Assembly (NCBI RefSeq): GCF_001194135.2
Contig: NC_069000.1
Span: 42,777,787 to 42,841,786, forward strand
Source of the DNA: Octopus bimaculoides
Lineage: Eukaryota
Length of the DNA stretch: 64,000 bases
Reading direction: 5' to 3'
In this document: positions 50,839-63,575 of the stretch, piece by piece
Position numbering within the stretch: the first letter of the stretch is position 1
Layout of the letters: every line of letters begins with the position of its first letter
Notes under the pieces: generated by a model
Databases searched by the model: none
Told to the model about the DNA's origin: nothing
The model's input: the letters and a program-made list of their open reading frames with translations, nothing else
Program-made: the position numbers and the translations under genes

Positions 50839-52553
50839 TATATACACACATATATNNNNNNNNNNNNNNNNNNNNNNNNNNNNNNNNNNNNNNNNNNNNN
50901 NNNNNNNNNNNNNNNNNNNNNNNNNNNNNNNNNNNNNNNNNNNNNNNNNNNNNNNNNNNNNNNNNNNNNNNNNNNNNNNNNNNNNNNNNNNNNNNNNNNN
51001 NNNNNNNNNNNNNNNNNNNNNNNNNNNNNNNNNNNNNNNNNNNNNNNNNNNNNNNNNNNNNNNNNNNNNNNNNNNNNNNNNNNNNNNNNNNNNNNNNNNN
51101 NNNNNNNNNNNNNNNNNNNNNNNNNNNNNNNNNNNNNNNNNNNNNNNNNNNNNNNNNNNNNNNNNNNNNNNNNNNNNNNNNNNNNNNNNNNNNNNNNNNN
51201 NNNNNNNNNNNNNNNNNNNNNNNNNNNNNNNNNNNNNNNNNNNNNNNNNNNNNNNNNNNNNNNNNNNNNNNNNNNNNNNNNNNNNNNNNNNNNNNNNNCA
51301 CACACACATTTAGTAGATTTAGAAACGGTGACGAGTTTAGATTTGGTAAATACCATAAATATAATTATATGCTTTCACTGAATATTGACTAGAAAATGTA
51401 GATTAATATTAGAACATAGAAACACCCCATAGAAACAAAATGGTCGTTAGTAGGCGTGTAAAAGCACACATACATATTACATACAGAATATGCATGTCTT
51501 TCTCTCTCTCTCTCTATATATATATGTATATAGCGCTATTAGTGGTAAAGTATTTTATGGAAGTGTTATGTCGTATGAGCAGTATCGGTGTTAACGATGA
51601 ACGTTGAGATAAAATATATTCTCGTGAGGTCAACGTGTTAACAGCTGAGAATTAAAATACTGCCCACAGACACACACGCACACACTCTTACACACAGACA
51701 CAGACACAGACACTCACTCATACGCATGTGTACTCTTAAGAGGCAATCACGTGGATTTTGCGTGAGTGAATGAAACAACGCCGCATCTGAAGGTTGTAAA
51801 GTTACAATACAGATAGAAAAGAGAGAGTGACAGGGAGAGAAACAGAGAGACAGAGAGAGAGAGACATAGATAGAGATAAATAGATAGGGAGAGACAGAGA
51901 GAGACAGAGAGAGGGAGAGAGAAACAGAGAAAGAGAGAGAGAAAAAGAGAGAGAGAGTGTGAGGGAAACTGATAGAAACCTAGTAATGAAGAGGAACTTG
52001 ATTTATCGATCGTTAAATTAGGAAATTGCAGAAAAGGTTTTGTCTGAATATGAAACTAGAACAAGAGCAATTAGTGACTTTTTAAATAGGCACAAGGATA
52101 AGGTCCGCAAGTTTAAGATTAGGGGTTTTTTTTGTGTATCAACCCAGGTGGTGAGGAATGGGGAGAGGGTATGAAAGGCAAAGTTGATCTCAGCGGGATT
52201 CTCATAATCAGAACTTCCGCCGCAAGGTGTTTGTCCTGCCCGATCAAAATTCTTTGATGTGATGTACGAAGATTAATTGAGACAAACAATTCCCGTAGAA
52301 GTTCTATACCAGGCACCTACGCTAATGAATACGCAGGTATAAAACACACAGCGACACACATACACAAATGCATATGTACACACACAAACACATACACACG
52401 CTCCCACAGTCTGATTTGAACGCTTACACACACACACACACACACACATCTTTGTAGGAATTCACTCATGTACATGTGTGCATATGAGTATATATGCATG
52501 AATATATATGTGCATACATACACAAGTACATATATCATTTATATATACATACA

Positions 52554-52646
<93 letters not shown>

Positions 52647-52772
52647 ATATTTATATATGTATATATATATATGTGCATATATGCATGTATATACATACAT
52701 GCGTATATGCATATATGTGTGTGTGTGCATATGTATACATATATATTTATATATACATACCTAAATACATGT

Positions 52773-52811
<39 letters not shown>

Positions 52812-53114
52812 CACATGTATACACATTCAAACATACACATACGTATTCATAGGAAAGCCATATCCATCATAATTAGTAAACAAATATAATATTGCTGTGA
52901 AAATAGACTTTGGTAAAGAAATCACAGGAGAATGGTCAGTTAAGAATCTAGATCAAAAATACTAGCTTCATCTTTGATTAAAACCTGAATTGGGAATAAG
53001 AAGCTCATACTTCCAGCTGCCCACATAAAGAAGCGTACAGGTCGACGTAAAAACTGTCAACAAACAACTGCAATGACGTGATCTGTTCAGTTACGAGAAT
53101 GACAGCCATTTAAT

Positions 53115-53538
53115 AATGCTTTTTACTATAGAAATAAGATCTAAAATTTTAGGGAAGAGGAAAAGTCGATTTCAGCGACTAGTATGTTTATCACTGGTAC
53201 TTAATTTGTCGACCACGAAAAGATAAAAGGCAAAGTCAACCTCGGTGGAATTTGATTTCAGACCGTAGCGATGGACGAAATACCGCCATGCATTTCGTCC
53301 AGCCTACTAGCGACACATTTTTTTGTTTCTACTCAAGGCCCGAAATTTTTGGGGAGAGGCCAGCCAATTAGATCGACCCCAGTACGCAACCGGTACTTAA
53401 TATTTATCGATCTCGAAAGGATGAAATCAAAGTTAACCGCAGTGGAATTTGAACTCAGACCGTATCGACTGACGAAATACCGCCAAACATTTCGTCCAGC
53501 CTACTAGCGACACTTCTTTTTCTACTCAAGGCCCGAAA
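53115..53538 (-). mobile_element. Tandem array of about 2.2 truncated SINE family C units
   Basis: The junction gacgaaataccgcca..catttcgtccagcctactagcgacac...ttctactcaaggcccgaaa occurs at 53274-53345 and 53471-53538. Confidence 0.85.
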
Positions 53539-55373
53539 CAGATTGTTGAAACAAATCCGTCAATTGGAATCGAACTCTCTACCTCTCTTGCATAAGACAT
53601 CCATCTAACTAACTGTTTCTCAACCATTTTTTCCTATGGACCCTTTAGATTGCCATTTGACATTTAAAAAAAAATAATATCTATTTTTATATATAAATAT
53701 TATAGGAGTTGTCTAAAACATTGCTAAAACATTTATATAATATAGACATATAACCAATTTATTGGACATAGATTTTAACAAAAATGAAAACAAAAAAAAA
53801 AATGTTTGATGGACTCCAAGAGCGATATGTAGACCAGTTGAGAACTAATGATATAATCGATTACGTCATATTCATTATTTAGTCGTGTGAATAGAGTAGT
53901 AACATTGATAGACATTCTGTTATAGAAAATAGATTCATATGTAATATTTTGTTTATAATCCTCAAGTATGGGATACGCCGTAATTATATGTAGATTATCG
54001 AGCTCTCTACATGACAGATGTGTATAATGTTTCTTCATGTCGAAATATTAATAAAACCGACATGTGATGTCTTCATAGACACGAGATGGTTCGTACACAT
54101 ACAACGTGCAGATCGACTAAAAACACAATACTCACGCAAACACAAACACATACGCAAACACATACATATATATATACATACATACATACACATATACATA
54201 CATACACATATACATACATACATACATGCATATATATACATACATATCTATATATATATACACTTCCATAAAANNNNNNNNNNNNNNNNNNNNNNNNNNN
54301 NNNNNNNNNNNNNNNNNNNNNNNNNNNNNNNNNNNNNNNNNNNNNNNNNNNNNNNNNNNNNNNNNNNNNNNNNNNNNNNNNNNNNNNNNNNNNNNNNNNN
54401 NNNNNNNNNNNNNNNNNNNNNNNNNNNNNNNNNNNNNNNNNNNNNNNNNNNNNNNNNNNNNNNNNNNNNNNNNNNNNNNNNNNNNNNNNNNNNNNNNNNN
54501 NNNNNNNNNNNNNNNNNNNNNNNNNNNNNNNNNNNNNNNNNNNNNNNNNNNNNNNNNNNNNNNNNNNNNNNNNNNNNNNNNNNNNNNNNNNNNNNNNNNN
54601 NNNNNNNNNNNNNNNNNNNNNNNNNNNNNNNNNNNNNNNNNNNTATATATATATATATATATATATATATGCGTGTGTGTGTGTTTGCGTATACACTCAC
54701 ACAGTTCCCACTAGCTTACGCATGTATATATGTGTGCATATGATCGTCTACGTTTGCGTGCGTATGTATGTATGTATGTATGTATGCATGTGCACCCATA
54801 AGCATATATATTTTCTGCCCAATTTGACAGCCGAGCCTATCACTCGTAATACATGCTGGCATCAATCAATCGAAATTACTTGTTAGGATATCCGATACGT
54901 TTTAATTCAGTGTCCATTATATTTAGTCGATATGTCCCAAATCACCTGTCACATATCTAATCATATATGTCAGTGACAAAATAAGAAGCACCAGTCCATT
55001 GGTAAAATTGAATAAAATAACTAATTCACTCATGGCGTTCTATTGGTTTCGTCATTGTTATGCTATACAAATACACGCATCATCGTTAATGTAAACCTCA
55101 TAACATGATTGCTAATCTTATCTAAAAACCACTGGCCGTTGATAGCAGATAGATCCCCTTGTCTATTGTTTCATTGAGTCAAATGTATACGAAATACGAG
55201 GAGATGAATATTTGTATTTCTGCCTTACCCTCTCCTTCTCTTCCTCCCCTGATTTCTCCTTCGTTCTCTTCTTTATTCTCTCCGCCTGCTCCTCCGTTTT
55301 CTCCGCCTCCTCTCATCTACATAGGATGGCATTTCGTAGAGTTGTTTGAATGGTGTACGATATATTTATAACT

Positions 55374-55680
55374 GGAGGCGCAATGGCCCACTGGTTGGGG
55401 CAGCGGACTCGCGGTCGTAGGATCGCGGTTTCGATTCCCAGACCAGGCGTTGTGTGTGTTTATTGAGCGAAACACCTAAACTCCACGAGGTTCCGGCAGG
55501 GGTGGTGGCAACCCCTGTTGTAATCTTTCGCCCCAACTTTCTCTCACTCTTTCTTCCTGTTTCTTGAGTAACGCTGCGATGGACTGGCGTCCCGTCCATC
55601 TGAGTGGGGGGGGGGGACACATACGCCATAGAAACCGGGAAACCTGGCCCATGAGTCTGGCTGGGCTTGGAAAGGGCGAA
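55374..55680 (+). mobile_element. Full-length tRNA-derived SINE (family B)
   Basis: A-box tggcccactggtt, B-box ggtttcgattccc. The internal motif gctgcgatggactggcgtcccgtcca (55573-55598) resembles the V-SINE central motif as I recall it. Confidence 0.8.
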
Positions 55681-55798
55681 AGAAGAGACCGATAGAATAG
55701 GTACTAGGCTTACAAAGAATAAGTCCTGGGATCGATTTGCTCGACTAAAGGCGGTGCTCCAGCATGGCCACAGTCAAATGACTGAAAGTAAAAGAGTA
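55681..55798 (+). mobile_element. SINE family A 3' portion fused to the family B copy
   Basis: gagaccgatagaataggtactaggcttacaaagaataagtcctgggatcgatttgctcgactaaaggcggtgctccagcatggccacagtcaaatgactgaaagtaaaagagta. Confidence 0.9.
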
Positions 55799-56757
55799 TG
55801 GAAACAAGGTTAACGACCCTGAGATCCTAAGACTCGGAAATACTAATGTCCTGGGGACATTATTTTTACATTTGCATCGCTTACAGAATCGTTAGAGTGA
55901 TGGACGAAATATCTATATATTACTTATATATCTTACAATACATGCTTCTGCGCAGTAATACTTATTTCTTAACGATCATGCTGGCTATTTGCTAGATTAG
56001 TGATTGAACAGTCACTGTTATTCTATTGGTGTGTGTAGATATTTGTATGCATGTGTGCATATGTGTGTGTGTATTTATGCGTTTTGCAACACAATAGATA
56101 CGAACATGTTTACACACATAATGCAAAAGAAAAGTTAATAATGACTGCGAATCGAGATATGCAATTGATTGAAAACTCGTAACGTATCAATTCTCCACTT
56201 GAATAATGAGTGAAACGAAAAGAAACAGTGAAAGACTGAAAGAAACCGAAATAGAGAAACAGAGGTTAACATATAGATAGACAGATTGAAACACAGAGAG
56301 AAGGAGTGAGCGAAAGTTGCATGTTAGAATGAAAATGCAATGGCGGCTAATCTCGCGTTTCTCCAACAATGAGCGCTATACATTGCCTCACATTGCTCTA
56401 CTGTTTCATATTATTGTGTATCATTATGCGTAAGCCGTCGTAATTATATCCATCGGAAGACGATGCTTTTCGTACTTAATGTTATCGCTGTCCTGCAATC
56501 GTTTTTGTTGCGGTTACCAATTAACAACCGAACAGGCAGCTGATAATCTCACAAAGCCGAAAGTTATCTGAACAGTTCTTTATTAAACAAATTCTAGGGT
56601 TAGTTCCAATCTTTCTTTTCACACGTCTTGCAAATACTATTGAATGGCCGTTTATACCAGAATAGCACCCTATAGGGAAATCACATTTGCAGACATGGTA
56701 TTAGTTGAGATTAGCTCATTATGGGACACCATGAATAATATCATTAGTAACTAAAAC

Positions 56758-56805
<48 letters not shown>

Positions 56806-56811
56806 TATTAA

Positions 56812-57003
56812 TCTAAGGCGTTGGAGAAAATGCTGAGTAGCATTTCCTCCGGCATTAAGATTAGAGCTCAAATTCCACTGACCTCGACTTTGCCTTTGAT
56901 CCATTCGAGTTCGATAAAATAAATACCAGTTCAGTACTGGGTCGATGTGATCGACTAGGTTCCGTCCCCCAAATTTTAAGCCTTCTGCCTATAGTAGAAA
57001 GGA
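56812..57003 (+). mobile_element. SINE family C inside a (TTA)n tract
   Basis: gaaaatgctgagtagcatttc...caaattccactgacctcgactttgcctttgatcc...tactgggtcgatgtgatcgact...cctatagtagaaaggatt. Confidence 0.8.
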
Positions 57004-57023
57004 TTATTATTATTATTATTATT

Positions 57024-57531
57024 GAGTGAGAGAGCTGTGCATGCCATCAAAGTAAAATATACGATGCCCTGTATGCCGATCATGACTACCCGTCTGATAA
57101 GGGTACACCAGGCACATGCATCACTACCATATGTACCATGGTTATCTCATATCAAGATAAACAGCGCATGACCTTGCAAGTGAGACCCAGTTAGAATTTT
57201 CTTTGGGTCGAGTAGCTCATCCCGCTCAAATGATCCCTGAATAAGGGTTGTTTAAGGATGTTGAACAAATGTCCATGTTTCCAAAGGTGAATTATCCAAA
57301 CCCCAAAGGATTTCTCTCAACACATGGCTATGATGCTCCCCAATAACTTTGCTTGTAATCAGAGATGCACATATCGTCATCCACTAAGGGATATTCTCAA
57401 CTCGTTAAGGTTAAGCAATTGGTTAAGGTTAAGCAGAATATTTGTTGCAGACAAAACAATGTACATGATAACACTTGCAATCAGTTAACATCAGAAGCCA
57501 TGAGAGCCACTGCCTGGTACTGCATCAGGAC
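57024..57531 (-). mobile_element. Unclassified ~500-bp interspersed repeat flanked by (TTA)n
   Basis: Complex, higher-GC block bounded on both sides by TTA runs, with no ORF. I recall it as an abundant octopus repeat (from memory, unverified). Strand is inferred from the (AAT)n tail. Confidence 0.45.
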
Positions 57532-58523
57532 ATCATTATTATTATTATTATTTTTATCATCCGTTTTATACGGATATTAACCATTATATTATCCCATTCC
57601 TTATAACTGCCAAGCCAGCGTGTGCATGTGGTTGTATTGGCATAATGGCCCTCCCGAGCCTAAAGCAAAATATGTTTGAACAGGCGTGTTCATATGAAAT
57701 GACTTGCAAGCCAAAAACAAAAACCATGACGAAGGGAAATAGACAGAAGTATTTTTCTGAGAATATGAACAATTCCAAGAACGGTAGATATTTGGCACGG
57801 AGCAGCTGTGCATTTGTGAGTGAGCCCAATCGATCCAGGTTGTAATATTTCATTGTAGCAGATTGAACCTAATGCTTCAAAGTTAACTCTTACTAACTAA
57901 TAATACTTTTTTCCAGATCTTTCGCTACTTCCTTGGTAGTAATGTTTCTGTGTGAATGAAATGCAACGTCTATTAGGAGGTATTCTGTTTCCATATGTCA
58001 TATTAAATGATATCTTGCCTTCGATGTGCATTTGTTTTTATCTGTCTGGATGTCAAAATCATATAGAATTTTTTGGTTTCCCAGCATCAATTACTGTCAG
58101 TTTTAGAACAAAATAGCAGCACTTATCTAAAGTGTTTGATCCATATTTTTATTTGTCTCTGCTGAGTGACCGACGTAAATTGTGACAAGTCTTCATAATG
58201 GCGTCGCTTACATTTATTTTCTGAGCTAACATTTTGCAGTATGCTAAAATGCGGTCATTATTAATTTATTAATTTCATTCTGCGGCAGTTTCGTGCAAGT
58301 TTCTACTGCACCACCTTGTGCACCGCGAAGAACCTGAGATGTATAAGGCAACGTGTTTTTACATTTGCAAGGATTTGGGGTGTGAAGAAACCTCGTGCTG
58401 GTCTACTGCTGGAGTTTGTCTTGTTACGGAATTTAGTTTCTTGTTTCTTGTTAAATTCTGTTTTGTGTGGGAAGCGTAATGCGAGTTGCGTTATTTATTT
58501 GGATCTTAATCCCATAAGGAGCT

Positions 58524-58960
58524 AAACATTAGAGGAGACAAACAAGGACAGGCAAAGGGATTAAGTCGATTACATCGACCCCAGTGCGTAACTGGTACTT
58601 AATTTATCAACCCCGAAAGGATGAACGGCAAAGTCGACCTCGGCGGAATTTGAACTCAGAACGTAAAAACAGACGAAATACCGCTAAGCATTTCGCCCGA
58701 TATGCTAACGATTCTGCCAGCTCGCCACCTTATGAAATCCAATAATTCTTTCTACTATAAGCGCAAGGACTGAAATTTTAGGGTAGGAGTAAGTCGATCA
58801 TATCAACCTCAGTGCTCAAATGGTACTTATTTTATCGACCCCGAAAGAATGAAAATCAAAGTCGATCGCAGCAGAATTTGAACTCATAATTTAGCGACAG
58901 GCGAAATACCACTAAGCATTTTTCCCCAGTGTGCTAACGATTCTGCCAGCTTGCTACCTT
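58524..58960 (-). mobile_element. Two head-to-tail SINE family C copies (58524-58730 tail variant 2; 58746-58960 tail variant 1)
   Basis: Both carry ggtactta.tttatc.accccgaaag.atgaa..caaagtcga...gaatttgaactca...gaaatacc.ctaagcattt...tgctaacgattctgccagct. Confidence 0.9.
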
Positions 58961-59067
58961 ACAAAATCTAAATAATGAAACCAAGCAATATGTTAGATAA
59001 CAAAAACGATAGACAAACTAACAAATATTTCAGTAAGAGTGAACTAGCCAAAGAATAACATTATCTA

Positions 59068-59295
59068 ATGAAGGCACAGCTATAAAGCAATATATTTGAC
59101 GCATTAAATTAATACTTACTTCCGAACTAAATGGCAAAAATAAAATAATAAGTGTCAATATACGCAACAGATTCTATAATAAATGTACTCAGCTGACAGT
59201 TAGGAGAATTAGCACGGCTAGACAGAAAATGTAGGAGAATAATTATAATGCATTTAGTTTACACTAGACAATAGCCGAGAGCAAAATATATTTAC
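59068..59295 (+). mobile_element. Decayed R4/Dong/HERO-like post-RT fragment
   Basis: RIKLILTSELNGKNKIISVN, then across a frameshift GELARLDRKCRRIIIMH. This matches R.R.ILKSELNGKNKI.AIN...EL..LDRKTRK.LTMH of R4-clade ORFs. Confidence 0.75.
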
Positions 59296-59940
59296 TGCTT
59301 TTATGTGAAGTGTTTTTCAACTAAAAACTCTTATATCTATTGCTGGACAGCAGAAATATCCACTAAAAGACATTAAAAAATAAATAAATAAATATCGTTA
59401 AAAAGACGTGAAAAACTATAATACAAACAATTACGTCATCGTGGACGCCAAAGAAATATATGGATATTTAGATATTTCTGAAGAGAATGAATTAAAATAA
59501 CAACGGAGAACGGAAAATGTTATTAAAACGCTTCCCTACATAGACACACGCACACACATACACAAACGCGCAAGCGCACAAACGCAACCGAAAAGCAATG
59601 AAAACAACAACTCAACAGGTAAACAGCTTCTTTCGAGATGTAATTACGGAAAAAAAGTCATTTTCCTCCGAGTTATGATCATTGAAGTATATATGAGGAT
59701 GTCTAGACATGCGACAAAATGCATGAGAATACATTCATAAAACAAAACATACATACATACATACATACATACATACATACATACATACCCTGTTGAAGTT
59801 GGTGAAATTCCAACGAAGGCACTTTGGATCTAGGTTAGAAACCGGTTCTTTCTCAATTGGTAAGAAATCTTGAAATAAAACTGAAAAATGATATACATAC
59901 ACATACATACATACACACATAAATACATGCATACATATTC

Positions 59941-60095
59941 TTTTCATTCTTTTATTCTTTTGTTTTAGTCATTTGACTGCGGCCATACAGGAGCACAACT
60001 CTGACTTTCTATTTTGAAGCCTAGTGGTTATTCTGTTTTGCCAAACCGCTAAGTTACGGGGACGTAAGCTCACCAAAACCGGTTGTCAAGTGGTG

Positions 60096-60098
<3 letters not shown>
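59941..60098 (-). mobile_element. SINE 3' half (family A)
   Basis: gtcatttgactgcggccatacaggagcac...ccaaaccgctaagttacggggacgtaagctcacc...ggttgtcaagtggtggtg, then (TA)n and a gap. Confidence 0.85.
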
Positions 60099-60133
<35 letters not shown>

Positions 60134-60261
60134 NNNNNNNNNNNNNNNNNNNNNNNNNNNNNNNNNNNNNNNNNNNNNNNNNNNNNNNNNNNNNNNNNNN
60201 NNNNNNNNNNNNNNNNNNNNNNNNNNNNNNNNNNNNNNNNNNNNNNNNNNNNNNNNNNNNN

Positions 60262-60567
60262 CCTACCGAAAACTGGTTTGACTTCAAAGAAGCGTATGGG
60301 GAGGGTCTTTCATTACGAGTAAAGAAGCCGAGACTCGTGCGAATTTTTGTCTTGAAGTACGAGCGGAAATCCGCAGTACGGGCGAGTTTCATACAAGCAA
60401 CTGTTTATCGGTGCTAAACTCGCGAACGTTCTTCCAGAGGGCAAGCTCTTCGCTCACTTAGTTCACGTGTTTATTTCCGCTTTTGTTTAGTTTTGTGCAT
60501 TTTTTGCTATTATTTTATAATAATTAGTTGTGTTAGCCATGGGTCCTAAGAAGGTTAGTGTAAACAA
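60262..60567 (+). mobile_element. Possible pogo/Tigger-like transposon 5' region with the start of the transposase (MGPKKVS)
   Basis: CpG-richer leader with tacgag/ttcg-type subterminal motifs, then ATG GGT CCT AAG AAG GTT AGT at 60539. This resembles N-termini of invertebrate Tigger-like transposases. It is cut off by the Tx1 fragment. Confidence 0.4.
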
Positions 60568-60910
60568 TTCTTACCTTCTTTCGATAGAAAATCAAGCGGG
60601 TCAATTTTTACTGTAGACTCAGTCGATAGCTGTACTCTTCCCGCACTTGACAACAGTTGTTCAGCATAAACCCAAACGTCCGACACCTCCGAACGCTGGA
60701 CAATAGCGTGCGGGGCGGTTTCCCTATCCCGCTCGCATTTTGGACAGGTCGGTGGGCCGTGGCCACCATGCCTTTTGAGCTTGTCCTGAACAGGTAAAAC
60801 TCCTCGGTAACACTGCCATGCTAGAGACTTTTGAAAGAAGCCCCACGTGCTCAATAGTAGTATTTATAGTTCGCCCACACAGTAAAAGGCACGTCAAATA
60901 ATACCACCTA
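60568..60910 (-). mobile_element. Tx1/L1-clade LINE ORF2 fragment (zinc-binding region after RT)
   Basis: FQKSLAWQCYRGVLPVQDKLKRHG...TCPKCERDRETAPHAIVQ matches the zf-RVT pattern W...R..LP....L......CP.C....ET..H. The last Cys is mutated. Confidence 0.85.
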
Positions 60911-61742
60911 CGCCTTAAACAGTCACATGACCACAGTGAATTATCTTTTCGTCTTCGTTTGCAAAAACAGAGGGTGGTATTCAAATTTGCGTCGTACGAA
61001 CGGGAAATTATCTGAAAACAATTTTTCGTTCATAATAATAATATATTTGCCAGTTCAACCCGTCTGCCATATTCTCAACTATTTTCCTTTTGTATCCTCC
61101 GCAAGGCTACCTTCTTTACTTAACACTTTCCGTCTGTACGTCCTTCTCTTATGATAAACTCATCTTCAACATTGCTGTTTCGATATTCAATTTTCTATTT
61201 TATTTCTCCCAGTTTCATGTTCGATAGAGAACCTTAATGCTTTATAAAGCACCTTTAGTACAACTTCAGAAGGTGTTTGGATAAATTTCGAGTTTATATC
61301 ACACGCGAGCTAAATATTGTATAAACCCGTTTGTATATTATTAGTAATACAGTGGAAAACCAGCAGGATTGTAATAATTTCTTCCTACCAACGACACTTA
61401 AGTTGACCACAAGCAAACTTAAAACATATTATTTCTTCAGAATGTTTCGTTAAATCGAATTGGCTGCATCTGGAATTTCGGGGAATAATGCTAGCCACAA
61501 GCATAATGACGACCCGCAGCAAAATAAGGCATTTTAAAGAAATGTCACAGATTAATCTAATTGTGTGTATGCATTTATGCATATACATACCGTACATACA
61601 TACATACGTATGTACATGCATACATACATACATACATGTATGCATATGTATACATAAATACGTATGTATGTATATACATATGTATAGTCATTCATTTAAT
61701 TACTTCTTTCAGTCATTTGACTTCTTCTTCTTCTTCTTCTTC

Positions 61743-61779
<37 letters not shown>

Positions 61780-61783
61780 CATC

Positions 61784-61996
61784 AAGTCGGCGAGCTGGCA
61801 GAATCGTTAGCACGCCGGGCGAAATACTTAGGAGTATTTCGCCCGTCGCTACGTACTGAGTTCAAATTCCCCAGTGGTTAACTAAGTCTTTCATCTCTTC
61901 GGTGTCGATGAATCAAGTACCAGTGAAATACTGGGGTTAATGTAATCGACTTACCCCCTCCCACAAAATGGCTGTCCTTGTGGCAAAATTTGAAAC
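61784..61996 (+). mobile_element. Full-length SINE family C (tail variant 3)
   Basis: ggcgagctggcagaatcgttagcacgccgggcgaaatacttagg...ctgagttcaaattcccc...gtaccagtgaaatactggggtt...gtccttgtggcaaaatttgaaac. Flanked by (TTA)n. Confidence 0.9.
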
Positions 61997-62661
61997 TATC
62001 ATTATTATTGTCTGGTATCGATGTAGATTCTATGAGTTGAGTGAGTTAAAAAAAATTGTGATTAGTTTCACAAGTAAAATCTATCTCTATGAATTTTTTG
62101 TTTGTAATTTGTTTTTTTTCTGCGTGAACTGTTAAAGAAAAAAAAGGTGACAACTTGAGTAATTTGTTTTCTTTTGACTTTAGAAAAGAAAATAATTCGT
62201 TTGATCCTTCANNNNNNNNNNNNNNNNNNNNNNNNNNNNNNNNNNNNNNNNNNNNNNNNNNNNNNNNNNNNNNNNNNNNNNNNNNNNNNNNNNNNNNNNN
62301 NNNNNNNNNNNNNNNNNNNNNNNNNNNNNNNNNNNNNNNNNNNNNNNNNNNNNNNNNNNNNNNNNNNNNNNNNNNNNNNNNNNNNNNNNNNNNNNNNNNN
62401 NNNNNNNNNNNNNNNNNNNNNNNNNNNNNNNNNNNNNNNNNNNNNNNNNNNNNNNNNNNNNNNNNNNNNNNNNNNNNNNNNNNNNNNNNNNNNNNNNNNN
62501 NNNNNNNNNNNNNNNNNNNNNNNNNNNNNNNNNNNNNNNNNNNNNNNNNNNNNNNNNNNNNNNNNNNNNNNNNNNNNNNNNNNNNNNNNNNNNNNNNNNN
62601 NNNNNNNNNNNNNNNNNNNNNNNNNNNNNNNNNNNNNNNNNNNNNNNNNNNNNNNNNNNNN

Positions 62662-62707
<46 letters not shown>

Positions 62708-62736
62708 AGTAAATAGTGGGGTTGTGTTATATATAT

Positions 62737-62899
62737 ACACGGCGGGCTTCCACACAGTATCTGTCTACCAAATCCCGTCACAAGGTAACATTGGGTCTGA
62801 TACTAGAGCAGAAGACACCTAGGTGCTGCGCGATGGAATTGAACTGGAAACACCAAGTTTGCAAAACAACCTTGTTAACTACACAGCAGTGCGTTCACC
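62737..62899 (-). mobile_element. Degenerate CORE-type SINE 5' half (family D)
   Basis: acggcgggcttcc...tctgtctaccaaatcc..tcacaagg...agaagacacctaggtgc aligns with 7298-7465. Confidence 0.7.
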
Positions 62900-63129
62900 A
62901 ATAAGTAAATCTGAGGAAAATTTGGTAGTTCTTTCTTGTAGACCGGAGTCGAAGTTGAACCATTTTTGTAATTATGAGAAAGAACAAATATTTCCGGCTT
63001 CCGAACGGTGGGGGATGGGGGTGGAGTCACGTGACATGAGATTGATTTGCAATATTTTATTGGGTGTTTCAGTGAAAACACTTATCCATCTCTGATTATT
63101 TTCTTATTAATGACAAAAACTGACAGCCA

Positions 63130-63412
63130 TCATGAATGATGATAGTTTTGGTGCTGATGGCTATGTTTTAATATGATTTCTAATTTAGGGATAATCATAA
63201 TGAAGATGACGACAACGACGATGAGGACGTCGATGATGATGATGATGATGATGGTGATGGTGATGGTGACTGTGGTGACGACGCAAATGATTATTGTGGT
63301 GATGGCAAAATAATGGCAAGGATGATAATGATGGGCAAGACGACGACGATGATGGTGATGACAATGATGATGATGATGAAGAGGCAAAGGATGACGCTAA
63401 TGATGATGATTG

Positions 63413-63457
<45 letters not shown>

Positions 63458-63575
63458 CGACGACGATAATGACGACAGCAACGACAATACCGTCATCGGC
63501 GATGAACGACGACGTAGGCGACAGTGATGATAATTGCGATTATGATAATGATATGCAGGACCACGACGGCGATGA
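63130..63575. repeat. (GAT/GAC/GGT)n trinucleotide low-complexity tract
   Basis: Seen directly. It explains the poly-M/D/S/H ORFs in the track. Confidence 0.95.

Noticed and set aside
55374-55450. tRNA-like sequence with A and B boxes (also 26926-26990 and 7400-7465)
   Set aside because: No complete cloverleaf or acceptor stem, and each continues into a SINE body. These are SINE heads, not tRNA genes.
57645-57845. 66-aa ORF with a possible donor at TTT|GTGAGT
   Set aside because: No domain similarity and no supporting neighbouring exons.
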